A program made the translations under genes and the position numbers. This document shows, piece after piece, positions 24,658 through 32,000 of a stretch of DNA of 32,000 bases. Origin of the DNA: Pirellula staleyi DSM 6068 (lineage in GTDB: Bacteria > Planctomycetota > Planctomycetia > Pirellulales > Pirellulaceae); contig CP001848.1 in the NCBI GenBank assembly GCA_000025185.1, positions 450,001-482,000 of the forward strand, in the 5' to 3' direction. The number at the start of each line of letters is the position of its first letter. The first letter of the stretch is position 1. The notes beneath the pieces are model-generated. The model was not told the origin of the DNA and ran no database searches. It was given only the letters and a program-made list of their open reading frames with translations.

Positions 24658-25793
24658 GAGTTATGCTCCGAGCAAGCGTGGTGCAGCTGTTGCCACTCGC
24701 TGTCGCGCTTCTTCATCACGTTCGTGAGGTACTCTTTCCAAACGGCAGCATCTTTCTCTTCGTCCTTGACGATCGCCCCTTGTAGTCCGGCAGCAAGATC
24801 ATCAGGCAAGACTTCGCCCGTTCCAAAATTGGCGGCGAGTGCCATGCTTCCGGCGAGCACTGAAATCGCTTCTGCCGTGCTGAGAACCCCACTGGGGGAC
24901 TTGAGCTTGCTCTTGCCATCGAGCGTTTGCCCCGTTCGAAGCTCGCGGAAAATCGTCACGACACGTTCGACCGCTTCATCGGTCGGAAGTTCGGCGCGCA
25001 GTTCGAGGCTCGTCGCAAGTTCTCGCACTCGTTTACGCACGATCTCCACTTCGGTCGCCAGGGAAGAGGGTGTCGGGAGGACGACAATGTTGAAGCGACG
25101 CTTGAGAGCGGCCGACATGTCGTTGACACCCCGATCGCGCGTGTTGGCGGTAGCGATGATCGAGAATCCTTTTTGCGCAGCCACATCGCGGGCGAGTTCA
25201 GGCACGGCGAGGCGTTTTTCCGAGAGGAGCGAGATCATCGCATCTTGCACTTCGGAAGCGCAGCGCGTGATTTCTTCGAAGCGAGCGAGTGAGCCCTCTT
25301 CCATCGCGCGATAGATCGGACTTTTGATGAGCGACTGCTCACTGGGTCCTTGCGCGATCAGCATCGCGTAGTTCCAGGTGTAGCGGATCTGCTCTTCGGT
25401 CGTACCAGCAGTCCCCTGCACCACTTTGGTGGAATCGCCGTTGATGGCGGCGGCCAGATGCTCCGAGAGCCAACTTTTGGCAGTTCCCGGCTCACCGATG
25501 AGCAGCAGAGCGCGATCGGTCACCAGCGTAGCAATCGCGATTTCCACGAGTCGTGGAAAGCCGATGTATTTAGGGGAAATCTCGCAGCTTCCTGCTTTTC
25601 CGCCACATAAATAAGTGTGCACCGCACGGGCCGACATTTTCCAGCCGGGTGGACGAGGGTGGGTATCGTGAGCGATGAGTGCTTCGATCTCTACGGCGTA
25701 AGGCACCTCCGCTGGCGCGCGAAGTTCGCTCGTTTTCAGTGGCGCAGCTGTGACCTCCGAAGTGGTAATCGAAGCCGTTTGTTTCTTAGCCAT
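24654..25793 (-). CDS. MoxR-type AAA+ ATPase (AAA_5 / YehL-like)
   Basis: Walker A reads LLLIGEPGTAKSWL. The Walker-B region reads SLARFEEITRCASEVQDAMISLLSEKRL. Sensor-1 and the Arg region read FSIIATANTRDRGVNDMSAALKRRF. It has a single AAA+ module and 379 aa. Confidence 0.85.
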   Translation of the reverse strand: MAKKQTASITTSEVTAAPLKTSELRAPAEVPYAVEIEALIAHDTHPRPPGWKMSARAVHTYLCGGKAGSCEISPKYIGFPRLVEIAIATLVTDRALLLIGEPGTAKSWLSEHLAAAINGDSTKVVQGTAGTTEEQIRYTWNYAMLIAQGPSEQSLIKSPIYRAMEEGSLARFEEITRCASEVQDAMISLLSEKRLAVPELARDVAAQKGFSIIATANTRDRGVNDMSAALKRRFNIVVLPTPSSLATEVEIVRKRVRELATSLELRAELPTDEAVERVVTIFRELRTGQTLDGKSKLKSPSGVLSTAEAISVLAGSMALAANFGTGEVLPDDLAAGLQGAIVKDEEKDAAVWKEYLTNVMKKRDSEWQQLHHACSEHNS

Positions 25794-25848
25794 AGCATTT
25801 TCTAGCGAGACAAGTGAAGGGAGGAACGTTGTGCGATCGACGCGAGGT

Positions 25849-27684
25849 TTAGGCCTTGGTCGCTCGCCCCTTGAGGGCGTCGATCGCAGGAATTAGCTCC
25901 CCCAACCATTTATCAGGGAGTTCTTTAGCGATCGCCTCAAACTGTGGTGCCGACTCAGGTGGCAGGAGTGGAATCAGCCGGACGCAATCGGAAAAACCGT
26001 AGGAGCCATAGGATTGGTGCGCCGCTTTCATGAACTCAAGCAGCTTGAGCATCAGTTCGGTGGCGCGAGGATGCTCGGTATAAACGATCGACTGAGCCAG
26101 TTGTCGATAGTCCCACCAGTTTTTGGCAATGGCATGGATTTCGTCGATCTTCCGCGACAGATATTCCATCGCAGCGGAGTTGCCTGGGAGCGCGAGGTAG
26201 AGCACCAGCTCGGTGTTCTCCGACTTCATCGCTTCCTCGATCCAGCGGGGGTCGAAACGTCTGACCGTCGTAAACCATTCCTCACGCGTACTGTGATGGT
26301 TGTGCCCCTGACGAAACTGCAGCTTGATGCCGCTAGAGATCTTGCTGGCTCGATAATTGGCCTTACTTTCGCCTTTGGCGGGGCGCTTCTTTTCGTCGAG
26401 AACGACGGTTAAGTAGTGACTAAATTGGTGGAATAGCTCCGCCGGTGTCAGCAGCTGGAAGCCAGCGAGGAAGGCCTCCTCGAGCATGTCTCCTTGCAAC
26501 TCGGGGTGCAGCTCGAGTAGCGCACGCTGCAGTTTCTCCGAGCCTTGCCGCATCATCCTAGCGATATAGAGCGGGGGCTCTTGGGGGATGGGTGCGCGGA
26601 CAGACTTGAACTTATTGCGACTGGCGAAGATCGCGAGGATCACAGCATCTCCCTGCTCGCTTGGATGAGCGGCGAGAGATTCGAGCAATGCAAAGGCTCG
26701 AGGAGCAATCTTCTCCACCTCTTTGGGATCACTGGCTGCGATTAATTTCTCGAAAGCGGCCTGAGTCTCGTCGGCTAGCAGAGGGGCAAGAAGCGGGCTC
26801 TGAGATAGCTGAATGGTCCGGGCGGAAACGATCACGTCGTCCGACTTGACGACGCGCATCAGCTCGGCATCGGCCGCATCGCCACCGAGATCAACGAGTG
26901 CCGCAAGCGCAGCAGCACGGGTCTCTTTGTTGCGGGATTTGCAGAGTAGCGTTAGTCGCTCTCGATCTTCGCGGGAGCCTCCCAGGCACTCGATAGCAGC
27001 CAGTTTCACCGGGGGCGAACCATCGTCGAGCGACTTCATCACAAGGTCGCGCGCCGCTGTGGGATCGAGTCGATGGAGCACCTTCAGGCGTCGCGCATCG
27101 ACCATGTTTCCCTCGAAATTGAAACTGTTTCGTACGAGCGTGATCATCGAGGGTCCAATCGTGGGGAGAACCTTGTCGGCGATCAAGTCGGCAATCTCGG
27201 GATAGGGATCGCCCACCGCTCGAGCGAGCGCGAGTCGCAGCCGAATATCGCCGAGTAAGTTTCGCTCCAGCGCATCCTTGATCACTTCGATGCGGCCACC
27301 TCCGGTGGTAGTGAGGGCATCGAGGATCGGGACGAGCATCCGCGAGCTCAGCTGTCCAGGTGTACGTGGCGCCTCGAGCACCTCGAGCGGCGCCATGGTC
27401 TCGGTCGGCTTGATCGTCGGAGGCAAGGTATCGCACTGCGTGGCGCGGAGCGCGTGGACCAGGGTACTAAGCTCGTGCAGCGCCGGTGCCGACGACTTTT
27501 CGTCACTCTCGAGAAGCTTAGTAGCAGCAGCCGAAACCTTGGCAAACACCGGTGCCTTTTGGGCGAGCGATTCAATGGCAGGAAGCAGCCTCTGGAGACG
27601 AAAATCCCCCGGCGCGAGATTGCTGCCAGCGGTCGCCAAACGTCGCACTTCCCCGTAAAGTTGCTCGAGAACCGGAAGACTCAT
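25849..27684 (-). CDS. HEAT/ARM-like helical repeat protein (611 aa)
   Basis: Repeats resemble the HEAT_2/PBS-lyase type: MKSLDDGSPPVKLAAIECLGGSRE and CKSRNKETRAAALAALVDLGGDAA. The composition looks all-helical. There is no signal peptide and no TM segment. Confidence 0.6.
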   Translation of the reverse strand: MSLPVLEQLYGEVRRLATAGSNLAPGDFRLQRLLPAIESLAQKAPVFAKVSAAATKLLESDEKSSAPALHELSTLVHALRATQCDTLPPTIKPTETMAPLEVLEAPRTPGQLSSRMLVPILDALTTTGGGRIEVIKDALERNLLGDIRLRLALARAVGDPYPEIADLIADKVLPTIGPSMITLVRNSFNFEGNMVDARRLKVLHRLDPTAARDLVMKSLDDGSPPVKLAAIECLGGSREDRERLTLLCKSRNKETRAAALAALVDLGGDAADAELMRVVKSDDVIVSARTIQLSQSPLLAPLLADETQAAFEKLIAASDPKEVEKIAPRAFALLESLAAHPSEQGDAVILAIFASRNKFKSVRAPIPQEPPLYIARMMRQGSEKLQRALLELHPELQGDMLEEAFLAGFQLLTPAELFHQFSHYLTVVLDEKKRPAKGESKANYRASKISSGIKLQFRQGHNHHSTREEWFTTVRRFDPRWIEEAMKSENTELVLYLALPGNSAAMEYLSRKIDEIHAIAKNWWDYRQLAQSIVYTEHPRATELMLKLLEFMKAAHQSYGSYGFSDCVRLIPLLPPESAPQFEAIAKELPDKWLGELIPAIDALKGRATKA

Positions 27685-27756
27685 CGCGCGGCATCCATGA
27701 TCGAGAGTGTGAGTGGAGTGATCGCCATACCACCGAGGCGCGTGGTAGTAAGGAGG

Positions 27757-29229
27757 CTAAACCGTCAGCCGAATCAGTTCGTCGTGCGTGACGATCGAGA
27801 GTGGCTTGGCGGTGAGCAGTCCCGCGTCGATGTCGTAGGAGAACCGCGCCACGAGGACCTTCCCTTCGAGAGCGGCAGGTGGCAGGAGCGACAGAAGCTC
27901 GCAGCTGGGGGACTCGCTGAGATCGCTTTCGTCGGTAAGTAGGAGCCGATTCTGCTTGGCATCTTCCACAATCAATGCCTCTCCAATCTTGCCAATTCTG
28001 GCAAATTTCAAGGCAAAAACGGGATTGTGATCGGTCAGCGGCTGTCGCAAATGGTTCTTCACCTCTTTGACGACGGCTGAAAAATCGGAGGCCGCCAGCT
28101 CGAAGATGCGCTGATAGTCGCGCGGCTCGACGATGCGCGCCTCGTAAGCTTCCCAGCGGACGCGCGGGTTCATCGTACCGGGATAGACGGCGAGCTCAGC
28201 TACCACGGCAACGCGCGCGAAACTATCGTCGGCCGGAATCATCTTCGCCGCTTTGTAGGGACGAAAATTCTGCGTCACTTGGATCTTCCCACTTGTGAGG
28301 TTAATCCAAGTGCCGACGTCGACAAAAGCCTTCCGCGCTGCGTCGTCGTGTGTGTGAAACGCGAGCTGCATCAGTTCGACGTTGGTCTCGACCAGTCCCA
28401 ACTCTTTGAGTTCGCGCAGCTGCCAGATTTGCCCCGTGAGCATCGCGATGTTCGATTCGGTATCGGGCAGCTTCTCCGGGTTGTCGATGCGGCTTTGCAG
28501 ATAGGCCTTCCCTTGTCGCGCGAGTGCGCCAAGCTTGGTGAGTTGCTCAAGGGCCAGCGTGAAACGGGCATCATCGCTCACTTCCTCGTCCGGTTTCCTC
28601 TTGCGCGAGCGACGCGAAGCACCTGCCGCACTTGTGAAGAGCTGCGCGTAGCGATCGAGCATCACCTGCGCTTCGGGCAGATAGCCGGTGGCGAGCTGCG
28701 GTGAGATTTTGGTTTGCACTTCGTCCGCTGCAGCCTCGGTGACATTCCCAAGCCCTTGGCGCATGTGGTCGAAAGCGAGTCGCTCGAGGATCTCGAGGCC
28801 ATCGATCTGCGCTTGAAACTTTTTGGCAAGCGCCGACTTGTTCACCTTGCGAGGCTTTGTCTCCTCGACCTTTTTCTTCTCCACCCGCTCGGCCACTTTT
28901 TCCCGTTTGGCAGCGATCGTTGCAGGGATCTCAGCCGACGTGAACTTCTCTCCCGCAGCGTAGGCAATCAGTAAACCAATCGAATGCTTGCAAGGAAATT
29001 GACGGCTCGGACAGCTGCAACGGTAGACGGCTGCCGTCGGAAACTGGAAATCGGCGCTGCAGAGGTAAGGCTCCTTGCCACTCCCTTGGCAGTAACCAAA
29101 CAGCAGCGTTTCGTCAGCAGAAATGCAAAGTTCGGTGAACTTCTTTTTCAGGGCCAGAGCACGGCCATTCTTCACGGCGTCGGCATTGGGTGCGGCTGCC
29201 GTGATGAACGCATCGTCGATCGAAATCAT
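27757..29229 (-). CDS. SWIM zinc-finger family protein
   Basis: ORF 27757..29322. I prefer ATG 29229 (MISIDDAFITAAAPNADAVKNGRALA...), which has GAGG 9 nt upstream. The SWIM signature CxCx(n)CxH is present in YRCSCPSRQFPCKHSIGLLIAYA, preceded by LFGYCQGSGKEPY. Confidence 0.8.
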   Translation of the reverse strand: MISIDDAFITAAAPNADAVKNGRALALKKKFTELCISADETLLFGYCQGSGKEPYLCSADFQFPTAAVYRCSCPSRQFPCKHSIGLLIAYAAGEKFTSAEIPATIAAKREKVAERVEKKKVEETKPRKVNKSALAKKFQAQIDGLEILERLAFDHMRQGLGNVTEAAADEVQTKISPQLATGYLPEAQVMLDRYAQLFTSAAGASRRSRKRKPDEEVSDDARFTLALEQLTKLGALARQGKAYLQSRIDNPEKLPDTESNIAMLTGQIWQLRELKELGLVETNVELMQLAFHTHDDAARKAFVDVGTWINLTSGKIQVTQNFRPYKAAKMIPADDSFARVAVVAELAVYPGTMNPRVRWEAYEARIVEPRDYQRIFELAASDFSAVVKEVKNHLRQPLTDHNPVFALKFARIGKIGEALIVEDAKQNRLLLTDESDLSESPSCELLSLLPPAALEGKVLVARFSYDIDAGLLTAKPLSIVTHDELIRLTV

Positions 29230-29345
29230 CCGTGGAACCTCAATCGGGGTGTGATCGAAGCGAACGCTCGGCGCGACAGATCGGAGCGAGGAGCCACTCA
29301 TTATGGGGGAAGCAATTGCCACCTGCCAGTCGACGCGCCGAAGAA

Positions 29346-30269
29346 ATGACGCGCACCAGTTTCACCTTGCTGCGAAGTGCCACGCCCCCCTATATTCGCC
29401 CCATGGAGAAGCGTGGAACGAAGTCCGAACGAGCGAAAGATCGCCCCACCGCAGCCCCGGCTCAGGGGAAGCAGGAGCGACCGCGGCTGATGCCTCCCCC
29501 CGAGGTCTCGCTGGGGCTCGAGGATTTTGCCGCGCCAGCCGATGATCAGGGGCTCAGCCTCGAGGAACTGGGGCAAGCTTATGCGGCGATGCTGCATCAG
29601 GGAGCCGATCCCTACCCACAGCCTGGCGATCCACCAAGCACCCCAGCGACCACGACAACCACCACAGCCGAGGCCGCGCCGACGGAGCTCGAAGAGCCTC
29701 CGCGGGTGATCGATGGGACCGACGACGATGGGTGCGAAATCACCCCCCGCAGCATTTTGGAGGCGATTTTGTTCGTCGGTCATCCGCAAGGAGAGCCACT
29801 CACGAGCACACAAATCGCAGCGCTGATGCGCGGCGTTCGAACTGCCGAAATCGACGAGCTGGTGGTCGAACTGAATGAAAAATACGACGAGCTCGGAACC
29901 GCTTACACCATTGCGTCGATCGGCGCCGGATATCAGTTGCAGTTGCGCAGCGAACTGAGCCCTCTACGCGACAAGTTCTATGGGCGTGTCCGCGAAGCAA
30001 AGCTATCGCAGGTGGCTGTCGATATCCTGGCAGTGGTGGCGTATCACCAGCCGATCTCGCAGGAACAGATCGACAAAATGCGTGCGAAACCTTGCGGCGG
30101 CATGCTTTCGCAGCTAGTGCGGCGCGAACTGTTGCGCGTCGAGCGCGATCCCACGGCGGGACCGAAAGCGAAGCCTAAATACGTGACGACCGATCGATTT
30201 CTCGATCTGTTTGGTCTCGAAAGCCTGGCTGAACTTCCGCGCAGCCACGACCCCGAAAAGTCACTCTGA
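29346..30269 (+). CDS. scpB: SMC-Scp complex subunit ScpB with a long Pro/Thr-rich N-terminal extension
   Basis: ORF 29232..30269; start candidates are ATG 29346 and ATG 29403. The conserved core reads ILEAILFVGHPQGEPLTSTQIA...KLSQVAVDILAVVAYHQPISQEQIDKMRA...GMLSQLVRRELLRVER. Confidence 0.8.
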   Translation: MTRTSFTLLRSATPPYIRPMEKRGTKSERAKDRPTAAPAQGKQERPRLMPPPEVSLGLEDFAAPADDQGLSLEELGQAYAAMLHQGADPYPQPGDPPSTPATTTTTTAEAAPTELEEPPRVIDGTDDDGCEITPRSILEAILFVGHPQGEPLTSTQIAALMRGVRTAEIDELVVELNEKYDELGTAYTIASIGAGYQLQLRSELSPLRDKFYGRVREAKLSQVAVDILAVVAYHQPISQEQIDKMRAKPCGGMLSQLVRRELLRVERDPTAGPKAKPKYVTTDRFLDLFGLESLAELPRSHDPEKSL

Positions 30270-30331
30270 GAAATGCTACGCGGCCGCCCAGTTGCAGTGC
30301 TACCGGGCGTGCTGTTGATCAAAACCATCTT

Positions 30332-30351
30332 GCGATCGATGCACCGATCGC
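30332..30351 (-). terminator. Hairpin downstream of rpsA (weak terminator candidate)
   Basis: GCGATCG (30332-30338) pairs with CGATCGC (30345-30351) around a 6-nt loop. On the minus-sense RNA, a UUUU tract follows only after 8 nt. Confidence 0.25.
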
Positions 30352-30361
30352 TGGCGAGCTT

Positions 30362-31870
30362 CTACCACTTCAGACCGAACGCTTCGCCCCCACCGCCACT
30401 CTTCCCAGCGCCACCCTTGAGAGGTCCCGAGCGTTTGGGAACGACCGGGGCACGTGGTGGTTCGTCGACTTCGGGAGCTGCTTCGGCCTTCGTCTTTTCC
30501 GACTTGGCAGGAGCTTGCAGTGTGGCCTTAAGCGACAGCGAGATCCGCTGATCCTCGGCGCTGACGGTCAAGATCTTCACCTCGACCTCTTGCCCCTCTT
30601 TCACCACGTTTTGCACGGCATACACGCGGTTGTGAGCCAGCTCCGAGATGTGGATCAAGCCTTCGACACCAGGCGACAATTTTACAAACGCGCCGAAAGC
30701 GGCGAGTCGCGAAACGGTCCCCTTGACGATGCTGCCGACCGGAAATTTCTGATCAATTCCGGTCCACGGATGTTCCTGCTGATTCCGGAGCGAAAGTCCG
30801 ATCTTGCCCGTTTCGGGATCGATCTTCTCGATCCGGACGCGCACCTTTTGACCTTCGGTGAGAATCTCGCTCGGATGCTTGATGCGATCCCAGCTCATTT
30901 GGCTGATGTGAATCAGGCCATCGATCCCACCCATATCGACGAACGCGCCGAAGTCTTGGATCTTGCGAACCACACCTTCACGCATGTCGCCAATGGCGAT
31001 CGATGCCATCAGTTCCTTCTTGGCCGATTCCTTCTCACGCTCGAGCACTGCCCGGCGCGAGAGCACCACGTTACCGCGGCGCTCATTGGCTTCGGTGATC
31101 ACGCAGGTGATCCGCTGCCCCACCAAATCGCCGAGGTTCTCGACGCGATAGAGGCCAGCTTGGCTCGCAGGAATAAAGCCGCGCACACCACCGGCGATTT
31201 CGCATTCCAGACCACCGGTGTTGGCGGCGACGATCTTGGCATCGACCAATCCACCTTCGCGGATGTCGGACCAGTTGCCAGCCACCAATTTGCCGCCAGC
31301 GACCGAAACTTCGTAAAGATTGTCTTCTGTGTTGAACGAATTCACGACCACATCGAGCATCGAACCGACTTCCGGAGGAGTCGCGAACGAGCGGAGCGAG
31401 GCGACCCCTTGGTTCTTGCCGCCGAGGGCGAAGAAGACGTTGTCGCCATGAATCTCGACCACTTGCGCCCGATGCTGCGAATCGGTTTCGACGGTGCTCG
31501 CCTTCGTGGCAAGCCCACCATCGCTCACCAGTTCGTTGAGCGAGAGTCCGCCGAGCGCTTCATCGATCTCGGCTTGCAAATCAGCCGACAGAGGTGCGCG
31601 ACGATTGGCAATTTCGATGGCCGGCTTGGGGCCGTAGTTTTGCTTCGCTTTGCGGGCCTGCTTATCGCGGGCAGCATCGTCGGCCACTTCCTGGGCCTGG
31701 GCCGAGAGTTCAGCGTCGCCTGCTGGTTGGTCGGACGAGGAGGCCTCTGATTTGGGTCGGTCGCCCGTTGGCTTACGCTGACCGACCGGAAGAGGACCGC
31801 GCCGCGCGCCCAGCGGACCAGAGGCGGAAGCATCGGAAGCGGAAGAGGAATTCGAGGGATCGGTCGACAT
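30362..31870 (-). CDS. rpsA: 30S ribosomal protein S1
   Basis: ORF 30362..31945. I prefer ATG 31870 (MSTDPSNSSS...). Repeated S1/OB domains are visible: GxVxGxVxxIxxFGAFVDMGGIDGLIHISQMS and GTVSRLAAFGAFVKLSPGVEGLIHISELA. It has a low-complexity N-terminal extension and a Gly-rich tail. Confidence 0.9.
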   Translation of the reverse strand: MSTDPSNSSSASDASASGPLGARRGPLPVGQRKPTGDRPKSEASSSDQPAGDAELSAQAQEVADDAARDKQARKAKQNYGPKPAIEIANRRAPLSADLQAEIDEALGGLSLNELVSDGGLATKASTVETDSQHRAQVVEIHGDNVFFALGGKNQGVASLRSFATPPEVGSMLDVVVNSFNTEDNLYEVSVAGGKLVAGNWSDIREGGLVDAKIVAANTGGLECEIAGGVRGFIPASQAGLYRVENLGDLVGQRITCVITEANERRGNVVLSRRAVLEREKESAKKELMASIAIGDMREGVVRKIQDFGAFVDMGGIDGLIHISQMSWDRIKHPSEILTEGQKVRVRIEKIDPETGKIGLSLRNQQEHPWTGIDQKFPVGSIVKGTVSRLAAFGAFVKLSPGVEGLIHISELAHNRVYAVQNVVKEGQEVEVKILTVSAEDQRISLSLKATLQAPAKSEKTKAEAAPEVDEPPRAPVVPKRSGPLKGGAGKSGGGGEAFGLKW

Positions 31871-32000
31871 ACAGCACACGCAGGAACCTGAGGAATTCAA
31901 AACAGCCCGAAAGGGACGCCTTCCCCGGCAGAAAAATCTGCCCAAGGAAGCCTAGAATCTTAGCATCGATCCCGCCTCGGCGAAAGCTAGAAGCGGTTCG

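Noticed and set aside
27681-27728. 15-codon uORF (MAITPLTLSIMDAAR) whose TGA overlaps the ATG of the HEAT-repeat gene (ATGA)
   Set aside because: It could mediate translational coupling, but it is short, lacks a convincing ribosome-binding site, and cannot be distinguished from chance without conservation data.
30515-31750. Plus ORF of 411 aa
   Set aside because: It is antisense to rpsA (ribosomal protein S1).
1-32000. Search for CRISPR arrays, IS elements/transposases, integrases, rRNA genes, and toxin-antitoxin or other known defence genes
   Set aside because: I found no regularly spaced repeats, no terminal inverted repeats flanking a transposase-like ORF, and no recognisable recombinase or defence-system signature proteins. 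The region looks chromosomal rather than a mobile island.

Overview
GC-rich bacterial chromosome segment. It looks planctomycete-like: a PSD1 (DUF1549/DUF1553) and DUF1501 gene pair, long low-complexity N-terminal extensions on housekeeping proteins, and many long antisense shadow ORFs. I support 23 protein-coding genes. One of them, a 2.4-kb PSD1 gene at the left edge, is absent from the supplied ORF track because it has no in-window stop. Two loci stand out. (1) 14.3-21.0 kb holds a complete RNA-repair locus: rtcR, then a divergent sigma-54 promoter driving rsr (Ro60/TROVE), a 515-nt non-coding spacer, rtcB and rtcA. The spacer contains a Y-RNA-like element with a 24-bp basal stem and a circularly permuted, capped tRNA-like core (YrlA-type). 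It also contains a second upstream stem-loop RNA that shares conserved boxes with the first, and a perfect 13-bp inverted repeat. (2) 21.0-29.3 kb holds a compact five-gene minus-strand cassette: SWIM zinc-finger protein, HEAT-like repeat protein, MoxR-type AAA+ ATPase, DUF5682-like protein and CoxE-type vWA protein. Its domain content resembles the uncharacterised E. coli yehLMPQ cluster. This is my best candidate for an undescribed ATP-driven system. Other items: a Tat/lipobox Cys-rich repeat mini-protein, an orphan Flp pilin upstream of an HDOD/degenerate-GGDEF protein, and a promoter plus intrinsic terminator pair suggesting a ~65-nt sRNA or leader. I saw no CRISPR array, rRNA, canonical tRNA, IS element or integrase. 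All calls come from reading the sequence and translations by eye; no database search was run.
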